A stretch of DNA of 32,000 nucleotides from Neisseria shayeganii 871 (GTDB lineage: Bacteria > Pseudomonadota > Gammaproteobacteria > Burkholderiales > Neisseriaceae): the NCBI RefSeq assembly GCF_000226875.1, contig NZ_JH164926.1:2290135-2322134 (forward strand). Direction: 5' to 3'. Every line of letters begins with the position of its first letter. The stretch's first letter is position 1. The position numbers and the translations under genes were made by a program. This document shows, one piece after another, positions 25,032 through 32,000 of this stretch. The notes under the pieces are model-generated. The model saw only the letters and a program-made list of their open reading frames with translations. It did no database searches and had not been told where the DNA came from.

Positions 25032-25376
25032 ATGGAAATCATCATCAAAGAAACCAACACCCGTGAAACCTTGTCAATTATTGACCACAAAACAGGCTGC
25101 AACTTTATCGCCGATTTTATTGGAAACACCGGCGCTCTAGATGATGGACAGTTTGAATGGAATGAAGAACAAAATGCCTATATCTGCAACCAAGAAACCT
25201 TCGACTGGTGGGAAAAGGTTATAAGCGACAATCAAGCGCTAGAAAATCGCATCGCCGAATTAATTGAGGAACACGGCTCAGATGCCGTCTATAAAGTCGT
25301 GGCCGATGCCGCCTACGGCGACCTAGAAGACCACGCAGCAATTATAAATTCTGAACTTGATGAAAATTTCAAATAA
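25032..25376 (+). CDS. Hypothetical very acidic small protein (114 aa; 26 D/E vs 7 K/R)
   Basis: ATG 25032 preceded by CCTGAAAGGAAAAGA. Low GC relative to the chromosome. Encoded on the strand opposite to all the phage structural genes. No family recognised. Confidence 0.6.
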   Translation: MEIIIKETNTRETLSIIDHKTGCNFIADFIGNTGALDDGQFEWNEEQNAYICNQETFDWWEKVISDNQALENRIAELIEEHGSDAVYKVVADAAYGDLEDHAAIINSELDENFK

Positions 25377-25398
25377 AAAAGCCCTGAAAGGAAAAGAT

Positions 25399-25665
25399 AT
25401 GAAAATTCTATACTTCTTAAGCCACGATGGAGACAACTATTTCATCACGAAAAGTTACAAAGAAGCAGTAAATTGGCAAGAAAGCCAAGAACTGAATTTT
25501 GCAACGGAGATTTGCTATGATGAAGATTTCAGAATCACACATATAGACCGGAACGAGATAGATTGGTTCGCAGAAAGCATATCCGATGAAATAGGAAGCC
25601 CCCAGTTCCAAGAGGCGAAAGAGATGCTAAACAAAGAATACGAATTCCCCGAAGAATTGAAGTAA
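25399..25665 (+). CDS. Hypothetical very acidic small protein (88 aa; 21 D/E vs 8 K/R)
   Basis: The internal ATG 25399 is preceded by the same CCTGAAAGGAAAAGA box as the upstream ORF. Followed by an intrinsic terminator at 25669-25690. No family recognised. Confidence 0.55.
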   Translation: MKILYFLSHDGDNYFITKSYKEAVNWQESQELNFATEICYDEDFRITHIDRNEIDWFAESISDEIGSPQFQEAKEMLNKEYEFPEELK

Positions 25666-25668
25666 CAC

Positions 25669-25690
25669 AGCCCCGGAAGGGGCTTTTCTT
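25669..25690 (+). terminator. Intrinsic terminator after the second acidic ORF
   Basis: AGCCCC-ggaa-GGGGCT followed by TTTCTT, 4 nt after the stop codon. Confidence 0.7.
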
Positions 25691-25742
25691 ATGAACCGTT
25701 ACCGTGACGGTAGCGGTTACCCACCCTGCCACACTCAAAAAA

Positions 25743-25846
25743 GGCGGAAGCCCTCGACTGCGGTTCTTTCAAGTGATGGCAGGCACTTGAAAAACCTTCG
25801 CCAACCGGACTTGTTCCGCATGGTCTTTTTCGAATGCGGCTTCCCA
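25743..25846 (+). repeat. Structured ~105-nt repeat, copy R3
   Basis: Same architecture as R1. Stem TTTCAAGTG/CACTTGAAA (25767-25775/25784-25792), with box AAAACCTTCGCCAACCG. Confidence 0.75.
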
Positions 25847-25924
25847 CCCGATATTATTTCTTTCTTAAATAACGAAAAATTTCACTAATAATCTGGGAGA
25901 TAATACGACGGATGATGTAGTTTT

Positions 25925-26986
25925 TCATGATTCGGGAGCCTTAATTGGCGTTACAGCCTGTCGTTCAGGCTCTTTGTAGGGATTGAACGGCAGGCCGTTT
26001 TCGGTATAGCTGATGCATAATTCGGTACTGATTTCGGCCAATTGCGTGCCTTGATCGCTGTAGCAGTTGCAGGAACTGCCGGAGGCGATGCAGCCGGCGA
26101 CGCGCTCGAAGGTGCGGACCTGGCGGACATTATTGTAAATAGGCTTGGATTCGGGCTTTTCGGCCAGCGTAGGGACGAAATCAGCAGGGCTTAGATTTTG
26201 GCTTTGTGCGGCGGTAAAGCCTTCCTGAGCCGTAGGCACATTGCCGCCATAGGCGGCTGTGGCCAGCGGCTCAGAAGCAGATTCAGCCACTGCTGCCGCT
26301 TCGCTGCCGCCGGTGGCGCCGGAATATGCGCCGTAGACGCCCCAAGCTTTCCAGCCGATGAAGGCGAGTATGGCGGCAAATGCCCAAACGACCAACGGCA
26401 CACGTTTTTTGAATTTTTGATGTTTGCTGGCTGATTTGTAGTATTTGAATGCTGCCTTTGGCGGCTTCCAAGATGCGGATTCCGTGCCGGACAGGCCGGC
26501 AGGATTATCAAGCGTGGTAACGCATTTGTACCACCAATACTGCTTCATGCCGACGGATTTTCGCTCAAGATGGATATGCTTTGAAACCAAATTACGCACG
26601 AATATATCCAATTGACTTGGATGCTGTGTCATGAGGATTAAGGTGAATCCGTCATGCCGCAGTTCGGAAAGTTTCTGCACATAGGGCGGCACGGCTTTGG
26701 CGGCGGAGCGAACGGGATACGTCCAATGCGCTTCATCAACAATTAAAACGGCACCGGTCGGCAGAATTTCATCCAGCGGGGCGGACTGAATTTCTTCCTT
26801 AGTCAATTCGTGGGCATGGAATTTGGCGGCATCCAAGCCGTCTATATGGCAGAAATATAAGGGGCGGTCTATTGGCGTGCCGTCTTCCGCGGTGGTTTTA
26901 AATAGGCCGTCTTCATTGGTCAGAATCATATTGACAGCACGACTGGTTTTGCCGGTGCCCATATTGCCGGTTATCAGGTAAATCAT
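25925..26986 (-). CDS. Zot-like / pI-type inovirus assembly ATPase
   Basis: 353 aa. N-terminal Walker A (ITGNMGTGKTS), Walker B-like LIVDEAH, and a central TM (VPLVVWAFAAILAFIGWKAWGVYG), which together give the Zot/pI architecture. Sits directly after the pVI-like gene. Confidence 0.85.
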   Translation of the reverse strand: MIYLITGNMGTGKTSRAVNMILTNEDGLFKTTAEDGTPIDRPLYFCHIDGLDAAKFHAHELTKEEIQSAPLDEILPTGAVLIVDEAHWTYPVRSAAKAVPPYVQKLSELRHDGFTLILMTQHPSQLDIFVRNLVSKHIHLERKSVGMKQYWWYKCVTTLDNPAGLSGTESASWKPPKAAFKYYKSASKHQKFKKRVPLVVWAFAAILAFIGWKAWGVYGAYSGATGGSEAAAVAESASEPLATAAYGGNVPTAQEGFTAAQSQNLSPADFVPTLAEKPESKPIYNNVRQVRTFERVAGCIASGSSCNCYSDQGTQLAEISTELCISYTENGLPFNPYKEPERQAVTPIKAPES

Positions 26987-27015
26987 ACGTCTTACACTCC
27001 GTATTCAGTTTGCCG

Positions 27016-27312
27016 TTATCTAGGCATGACAAAAGTAAGTTTGTTTAATGTGGTCATACTGATTCTGAAGGCAAAAGCACCGAACAGGTAGCCCAAGCCT
27101 TGACCGAATCCGCCAATCATTAACAGATTGAAGATATCGGCAGGCATGGAATTGGCGGCGTCAAGAATATAGGCTTTGAATTTGCCCAAAGCCAAAATGT
27201 AACCGCCGTAGGTGACGAAGGTCAGACCGGTGGCAATGATGATGCGGACAATCAGCAGTTTGAGCAGGATACCGATTAAAGGTATCAATGCGGCAGCAGC
27301 GGGCAGAGCCAT
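27016..27312 (-). CDS. Inovirus minor coat protein, pVI-like (DUF2523-type)
   Basis: 98 aa and almost entirely hydrophobic with 3 TM segments. Sits between the pIII-like and Zot genes, where pVI lies in Ff/CTX-type genomes. Confidence 0.6.
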   Translation of the reverse strand: MALPAAAALIPLIGILLKLLIVRIIIATGLTFVTYGGYILALGKFKAYILDAANSMPADIFNLLMIGGFGQGLGYLFGAFAFRISMTTLNKLTFVMPR

Positions 27313-27316
27313 GGCG

Positions 27317-28762
27317 TTATCCTTGTTTTAGACCGCCGAAAGAAATGTATGCGGCAGAGACGATGAAGCAGATCAGGACAATGAAACGGATGGTTTCCAT
27401 GAAGGAGCAGAGCGGCTGATACGATACCGATACGGGCTTGCCCATGACGTGAAAGGTTTTGGGTGCAGGACAAACGCCGGTTGACGGCAAGAACAAGTCT
27501 TCCTGCCATGTGCGGTTATCGACGTGAACGGGTATTTTGATATCGTCAAACTGGCCGGGATCGGGCTGCCCCATTTGCTGGCAGGCGAGTATTTCGGGAT
27601 GCTCTTTGCACAGGTCAAACGGGGGCGGTTGTTCAGTGCCGGTTTGATTGCCGGACTGGCTGCCGGATTGGCCGCCCGTGCCGGGCACAGTATCGCTGCC
27701 GTTGGCCGGCGGATTATCAGGAGCCGGAGCTTCTGGGCTGTTGGGCTGAAGATCGGGACGATCAATTAAGGTTTCCTGAACGCAAGATTGGCCGTCATCA
27801 CAATCGTAGAATTGCCAACGCGCCTGCTTGGCTTTGCCGTCTTTGGAATCGGTGTAGGGCTGGCTATTGACGATGGTGCCGGGCAGAACGTGGACTTTTG
27901 GCTGCGACCATTCGGAATCCGGCAACTGGGCGGCTTCGAGGATGGCTTCCGGGCGCTGCTGGAGGAGCGGGGAGACAATGCGCTCATATTCGGCGGGCGT
28001 GAGCAGACGATTCGGATTCCTGACGACATCCCAACTGTAAAAATTACGCTCATCATTACCGAGGGCGACAACGCAAGACCCAGTCTCAACGCCATCATAC
28101 CTGAGATATCTGTATCGCTGATAATTAGGCAACGATGGTTTGATAATATCCCAAGCATCACGGCACAGCTGATCGACAACAACACCGTAGTTAGATATGC
28201 CGAGATTGGACACCATGCCGCGCTGTTTGACGAGATGGATTTTACCCGCATTGCCAATGGTATACACACGGACCAAATACTCGGAGGACGACAAAAATTC
28301 ACCGCTGGCGTCGTCATATTGATAGCCGTCGTCTTCGAGCATAGTCAGGATTTCGCCGAGGATGAGGCCGCCGACAAGGCCTTGCGGTGTGAGACGGGCG
28401 AGCTTGGTGCGGCTCAGGAGATTGCGGAGAACGGTGGCTTTGGGGACGGTACGGGAGATGGTGGCGGGGACTTTGGCGCTAGAGACTGCGCCAGAGGTGG
28501 CAGAGCGGAGACTTAAAGATTCAGCAGTGCCATGAACATAATTACCACCGATAACCTTAGCTGTGATAATACCATTAGGGCGAGAACTAATAACACCTGC
28601 TAAACGAACGTGACCATCAGGAGTTTTAATTAGCCCTAATTCAGCAAATGCTTTAGATGGGAATAGACATAAAATAACCATCGGCAGGACGAAATATATT
28701 AATTTCACTCTTTCCGATAATAAACGAAGAGCGGTCAGAAAATAGAATTTCAAAAGTCCCAT
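27317..28762 (-). CDS. Inovirus adsorption/minor coat protein, pIII-like
   Basis: The largest structural ORF. Has an N-terminal signal-like segment (KLIYFVLPMVILCLFPSKAFA), a Pro/Gly/Ser/Gln linker (PEAPAPDNPPANGSDTVPGTGGQSGSQSGNQTGTEQPPP) and a C-terminal membrane anchor (IRFIVLICFIVSAAYISFGG). The start is uncertain: ATG 28828, ATG 28762 (used here), GTG 28708 and ATG 28681 are all possible. Confidence 0.6.
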   Translation of the reverse strand: MGLLKFYFLTALRLLSERVKLIYFVLPMVILCLFPSKAFAELGLIKTPDGHVRLAGVISSRPNGIITAKVIGGNYVHGTAESLSLRSATSGAVSSAKVPATISRTVPKATVLRNLLSRTKLARLTPQGLVGGLILGEILTMLEDDGYQYDDASGEFLSSSEYLVRVYTIGNAGKIHLVKQRGMVSNLGISNYGVVVDQLCRDAWDIIKPSLPNYQRYRYLRYDGVETGSCVVALGNDERNFYSWDVVRNPNRLLTPAEYERIVSPLLQQRPEAILEAAQLPDSEWSQPKVHVLPGTIVNSQPYTDSKDGKAKQARWQFYDCDDGQSCVQETLIDRPDLQPNSPEAPAPDNPPANGSDTVPGTGGQSGSQSGNQTGTEQPPPFDLCKEHPEILACQQMGQPDPGQFDDIKIPVHVDNRTWQEDLFLPSTGVCPAPKTFHVMGKPVSVSYQPLCSFMETIRFIVLICFIVSAAYISFGGLKQG

Positions 28763-28949
28763 ATTTATCCGACACTTTACTATAAAAATTATGCACTTTT
28801 TCAAGCTCAAAAATAGAGCCTGTTTCAAAAGTCAAATAAACAACCTGATAAAACACCCACGCCAGCGGCTTACCCTGAAACTGCGGCTCAAACGAGCGGT
28901 GCATCAATTCGTCTTCGCTGATGTAGAAATAACCTTCTTCGGGGAACAT
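28653..28949 (-). CDS. Hypothetical phage protein (98 aa)
   Basis: ORF with ATG at 28947-28949. Its 3' half runs into an AT-rich patch and overlaps the possible 5' end of the pIII-like ORF. No family recognised. Confidence 0.4.
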   Translation of the reverse strand: MFPEEGYFYISEDELMHRSFEPQFQGKPLAWVFYQVVYLTFETGSIFELEKVHNFYSKVSDKYGTFEILFSDRSSFIIGKSEINIFRPADGYFMSIPI

Positions 28950-28999
28950 GGTTCATCCTTTCGTTAATTGTTAAGAAACGTCAGGAATGTACCACAGTT

Positions 29000-29071
29000 T
29001 CAATCTTTGAACAGCATCACGCCGATCATGGCGACGAAGGCGAAGCCGACGAGAAAGTAAAAGTCAATCAC
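29000..29071 (-). CDS. Candidate 23-aa hydrophobic peptide (pVII/pIX-like minor coat candidate)
   Basis: Not in the ORF track because it is too short. GTG at 29069-29071 lies 3 nt after the preceding stop and is preceded by GAGG. Hand translation is VIDFYFLVGFAFVAMIGVMLFKD. Size, position and hydrophobicity resemble the tiny inovirus tip proteins. Confidence 0.3.
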   Translation of the reverse strand: MIDFYFLVGFAFVAMIGVMLFKD

Positions 29072-29074
29072 GGC

Positions 29075-29353
29075 CTACCTCATTTGTTTGCGAAGCAAGG
29101 TAAAAACGTACATGGCCGCCATGGCACCGAAGAACAGCCAGCCGAGTTCCGTTCCGTCTTTGAAGTTTTGTGCCGGATCGCATTCGGGCAGCTTGGCTTG
29201 AAGTATCTGGCCGTTTAGCTGCCAATGCTGGCCGGTATATTCCGGCTGGATGATTTTGCCGTCCGTGGTGACGACAGGGGCTACCAAGCTGTAATAATGG
29301 TTTTCAGCCTGTTGTTTGTCTGTAAAACATTGATTACCGACCTGGTAGCCCAT
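29075..29353 (-). CDS. Hypothetical inovirus minor coat/membrane protein (92 aa)
   Basis: Lies immediately downstream of the major coat gene. Has a C-terminal TM plus basic tail (LGWLFFGAMAAMYVFTLLRKQMR). Confidence 0.5.
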   Translation of the reverse strand: MGYQVGNQCFTDKQQAENHYYSLVAPVVTTDGKIIQPEYTGQHWQLNGQILQAKLPECDPAQNFKDGTELGWLFFGAMAAMYVFTLLRKQMR

Positions 29354-29370
29354 GACGACACCTTAGCGCA

Positions 29371-29586
29371 TTACTTCATCACGCGACGGATCAGGCCGAT
29401 CACAAAGATGGCCGCTAATACACCAATCACCAGCCAGCCAGCTTCGAGGCCGTCTGCTTTGGCACCTTCCAAAGCGGTTTTCACACCGTCAGGCAAAGCG
29501 GCCATAGCCATTGCCGGCAGGGCCATTACACCGCCAAAGGCGGCCATTTTTGCGCCGTAGCGCTTCGCAACGTTCATTGCTTTCAT
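29371..29586 (-). CDS. Inovirus major coat protein (pVIII-like)
   Basis: The internal ATG 29584-29586 follows AAGGAAAA. The 71-aa product has a signal peptide ending AMAMA, a mature part with an acidic N-terminus (LPDGVKTALEGAKADGLE), a hydrophobic core (AGWLVIGVLAAIFVIGLI) and a basic C-terminus (RRVMK). Confidence 0.8.
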   Translation of the reverse strand: MKAMNVAKRYGAKMAAFGGVMALPAMAMAALPDGVKTALEGAKADGLEAGWLVIGVLAAIFVIGLIRRVMK

Positions 29587-29665
29587 AGCATTTTCCTTTT
29601 TCGTAAATTGTTTTGGGCGGCTGTGTGTAAGGGATTTGATGCCGCCGCCCGAAGCACCAATCTGC

Positions 29666-29872
29666 TTAACTTTCCACCGCTTCCCAAAAGGCGAAGACGG
29701 CAAACTGTTCTCCGATCTCATCCATGCCGGCGGTTAAGGCGTCATCACGAGTTTCGAACTTGCCGGCCAATTTGATATAAGGCGTCAATCCGATATCGCC
29801 TGCCGGATCGGGGTAAAGGAATTCGAAGCTTTCCAAATCCTGCACGATGTAGCGCATTTCAAAGTTCGGCAT
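29666..29872 (-). CDS. Hypothetical phage protein (68 aa)
   Basis: ATG at 29870-29872 lies 4 nt after the upstream stop, while the longer track start at 29905 would overlap the upstream gene. Acidic, with no family recognised. Confidence 0.45.
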   Translation of the reverse strand: MPNFEMRYIVQDLESFEFLYPDPAGDIGLTPYIKLAGKFETRDDALTAGMDEIGEQFAVFAFWEAVES

Positions 29873-29876
29873 GGCG

Positions 29877-30200
29877 TCAGCCTTTCTTTTGTCCTTCCGG
29901 TACACGGAAATCTTTAATCACGACGGTTTCTTTACCGCTGCCGTTGGTGACGCGGGCAAGCTGGATTTCCAACTCGCAAGGGAAAACCAAGCCGCGGAAG
30001 CGTTCGAAATTGCTGCTGTCGCCGAAACGGACTTTGGCGAGACCCAAGCCGAGGGCGTTGCCGGAAGCGTCATTGAACGGTGCGGCTTTGAAAACGGTGC
30101 AACTGTCGATGATGTTGCCTTCGATTTCGCCCTTAAATTTGGTTACGCCCATGACAATGGCGCGTTCGAATACGGGCTGTTGGAGCATGTCAAAATTCAT
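29877..30200 (-). CDS. Candidate ssDNA-binding protein (pV-like, by position and size)
   Basis: 107 aa. Its start overlaps the Rep stop (ATGA-type overlap at 30197-30200). This is the same position and size as gene V/ORF2 in Ff- and Nf-type inoviruses. No motif-level confirmation. Confidence 0.45.
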   Translation of the reverse strand: MNFDMLQQPVFERAIVMGVTKFKGEIEGNIIDSCTVFKAAPFNDASGNALGLGLAKVRFGDSSNFERFRGLVFPCELEIQLARVTNGSGKETVVIKDFRVPEGQKKG

Positions 30201-31639
30201 GATGGATTCCTTTCTAGAGAGACAATTTCAGGTTCTGGGATATAGGTGGGATACTCTTGTTTCCGAATCAGCGATTCGGCAATATGGCCGGCCTGCTGAA
30301 GGCGTTTGCGAGCTTCGATTTCTTCATACAGTGCATGGCATTCAGCATCGGTGGGCATGTATTCATCAATCGTCATGCGGAATTCGTCCAAATCGAAGGG
30401 CGCAAAACCGTCATGGTGCAAATAGTGAACCCTGATGGCATCGCAGTTATATTCGGACGGATCCAGCCCTTTCGGGTATTTGCCTTCATCGGCCACCAGA
30501 CGGCGGACGATTTCCGAATCGGGGAAACCGGCATCCACGAGAAAACGGACAAAGCGGCCGACTTGGTTTCTGGCATGGAATTCCCGCTGTTCGAAAGTGA
30601 GGTTCACCACATTGGCTTTAGTTTCAATACGATTGGCCGCTACCTGAAACAGTTCTTCACCGATCGGGAAAGCACCCGTCAAATACTGACCCGGCTTAAT
30701 CAAAATATCGTGCGGTATCACACAATCATGTTTGCGGAACTCGACTTCGAAGCGAACCCACGGGCTGGACTTGTCGCCGAACTTTTTGCCTTTCTCGTAA
30801 ATGCGCGCTAGCTTGGACGAGCCTTTGCGACCGATGTAAAGCGTTTTGCCGGAACCATCTTCAATATTCCAGGCAGTGCCGCGGCATTCGGCTTTAGGTG
30901 TAACGTTATGGTTGTCGTAACGGCCTTTTTTGTGATCAACCAAAGCCTGATCAGGCGTGTATTCGCCGTTGAAAAAATCATGGGCCACATCGCAACGGGT
31001 AATGCGCGGTTTGATCGCCTGTTGCAGGAACTCATACAAACGGCCTTCCCAACCGGGCAGGGCGGCTTGGCAGCCGACGGCATTTAAATCAATCAATACG
31101 GTGTTACGTTGACCGCCGTGATGAAGCGTGCCGTATGCCGCGTTATCGGGGCCGATTTGGTAATAAGCCTGATAGAAGAACTTGCCTTTACCAAGCATTT
31201 TTTTGGTAATGCCGAAACCGAAGATTTTTTCGAGTGATTCGCTACAGGCGGAAATAAAATCGTTTTGGCCGACCAGACGGTTTTGCAGGTAGTGAAAAAT
31301 GGTGTCTTCGTGAAAAGTGAAGGTGAGGTAGTCAATCAGCGCACCGTCTTCACGGCCTTTACGCAAGGGAATTTCAAGAAGGTTGCCTTTGGCGTCGGTA
31401 ACGTAGGTTTGGAAATATTCGGTGGTTTGAATATTGGCCCAGTCGATTTGCTCCCCCGCTGAAGGTTTTTGGGTTTCTTGCTCCCCCCCTGTTAGCCTAG
31501 GGGGGGCATCTGCCGCCGCTGCCGCGTCAGCCGCCGCTAAGCGGCTGTCTGCCGCGTCATCTGGCGGCAGATACTTTGATGCGGCAATGACAACATCAAT
31601 TTCGGCGGCATCCGGTAAGGTGTTTCTTGTGCGAGACAT
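30197..31639 (-). CDS. Rolling-circle replication initiator (RstA / Rep_trans-like)
   Basis: 480 aa. Has RCDVAHDF, YIGRKGSSKLARIYEKGKKFG and WVRFEVEFRK blocks typical of the replication-initiation-factor family used by CTX/Nf-type inoviruses. The N-terminal ~60 aa are low-complexity and Ala/Asp-rich. Confidence 0.75.
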   Translation of the reverse strand: MSRTRNTLPDAAEIDVVIAASKYLPPDDAADSRLAAADAAAAADAPPRLTGGEQETQKPSAGEQIDWANIQTTEYFQTYVTDAKGNLLEIPLRKGREDGALIDYLTFTFHEDTIFHYLQNRLVGQNDFISACSESLEKIFGFGITKKMLGKGKFFYQAYYQIGPDNAAYGTLHHGGQRNTVLIDLNAVGCQAALPGWEGRLYEFLQQAIKPRITRCDVAHDFFNGEYTPDQALVDHKKGRYDNHNVTPKAECRGTAWNIEDGSGKTLYIGRKGSSKLARIYEKGKKFGDKSSPWVRFEVEFRKHDCVIPHDILIKPGQYLTGAFPIGEELFQVAANRIETKANVVNLTFEQREFHARNQVGRFVRFLVDAGFPDSEIVRRLVADEGKYPKGLDPSEYNCDAIRVHYLHHDGFAPFDLDEFRMTIDEYMPTDAECHALYEEIEARKRLQQAGHIAESLIRKQEYPTYIPEPEIVSLERNPS

Positions 31640-31649
31640 GGATCACACC

Positions 31650-31955
31650 TCAAGCTGCGAACAAATCGACTTGGTACAGACGCAGGTTTAAATCGACCTC
31701 GTCATAAAACGGCACGTCCAAATCATGAGCGATACGCTCAGCTTTGTTGCGGGCGAAATTTTGGACAAATTCGGCGGTAGAACCGACGTCATCAAAGGAA
31801 AAGGTGTCCACGCAGGCGCTATGCTGTTGGCTGAGTGATACGAAGATGCACATGCGCGACCCCTGAAAAGCTAAGGTTACGCATGGGTAAATTTGATTGT
31901 TGTATTGATACACAGGCAGCCCCTTACACTTGGCAATAAAAATCCCCGAATCCAA
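31650..31955 (-). CDS. Hypothetical phage protein (101 aa)
   Basis: ORF directly upstream of rep on the same strand. No family recognised. Confidence 0.4.
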   Translation of the reverse strand: MDSGIFIAKCKGLPVYQYNNQIYPCVTLAFQGSRMCIFVSLSQQHSACVDTFSFDDVGSTAEFVQNFARNKAERIAHDLDVPFYDEVDLNLRLYQVDLFAA

Positions 31956-32000
31956 AATCTTGAACTTGTCAAGACCCTGAAAACGGGGGTCAATATATAA

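Larger units (their letters stand above)
23037..32000 (-). mobile_element. Filamentous (inovirus, Nf/Ff-like) prophage region, partial; continues beyond the window end
   Basis: Colinear rep, ssb-like, major coat, minor coats, pIII-like, pVI-like and Zot genes, all on the minus strand. GC is lower than in the flanking chromosome. Only one perfect DUS occurs in ~9 kb, against ~1 per kb to the left. The left limit is taken at the break in the DUS pair (23036/23037) and could instead be 24189. Confidence 0.8.

Noticed and set aside
24362-25846. Possible CRISPR array
   Set aside because: The repeat units are ~105 nt and only about two thirds identical. There are just three copies with irregular spacing (117 nt and 1054 nt), and no cas genes. 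This is not CRISPR-like.
24590-25888. ORFs over repeats R2 (24590-24805) and R3 (25691-25888) that both encode ...HLKNLRQP...
   Set aside because: The shared peptide comes from the conserved nucleotide box, and the two variable positions in it are synonymous, so I did consider coding. Against coding: R1 has no ATG in that frame, the start positions are not conserved, the conserved TTCCGC block is read in different frames in R3 than in R1/R2, and the stem substitutions are pairwise compensatory. I favour a non-coding structured element but have left it open in the finding.
27788-28516. 242-aa plus-strand ORF inside the pIII-like gene
   Set aside because: It is antisense to the largest structural gene, with no RBS. 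All other phage structural genes are on the minus strand.

Overview
This window looks like chromosome from an Eikenella-type member of the Neisseriaceae. It carries at least 20 perfect copies of AGGCTACCTGAA, the DNA uptake sequence (DUS) dialect described for Eikenella, mostly as inverted pairs placed as terminators.

Positions 1-23,036 are housekeeping genes: FKBP (partial), DUF2061, a 2-hydroxyacid dehydrogenase, dienelactone hydrolase, lpxC, waaC, etfBA, dnaJ, maf, pgi, orn, an MBL hydrolase, an MliC-like lipoprotein, fxsA, nlpD, a translationally coupled hldC-birA/coaX-SPOR operon, pncC, tonB-exbB-exbD, and a solitary eRF1-like (baeRF-type) gene.

From 23,037 to the window end the DNA is mobile. 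In order it holds:
- an IS110/IS1111-family recombinase unit sitting exactly inside a DUS inverted pair;
- a non-coding block with three paralogous ~105-nt hairpin repeats that show compensatory base changes;
- a 194-nt nested palindrome;
- two very acidic small ORFs on the opposite strand;
- a filamentous-phage (inovirus, Nf/Ff-like) module with Zot/pI, pVI-like, pIII-like, minor coats, major coat, an ssDNA-binding candidate and an RstA/Rep_trans-like initiator. It runs off the window end.

A MITE-like repeat family occurs 4-5 times in the chromosomal part. Two copies form a perfect 136-bp inverted repeat around a 378-bp segment that carries a small membrane ORF.

All protein calls come from motif recognition by eye, and no database search was possible. 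Start codons were checked by hand because the ORF track also shows TTG and GTG starts as M.
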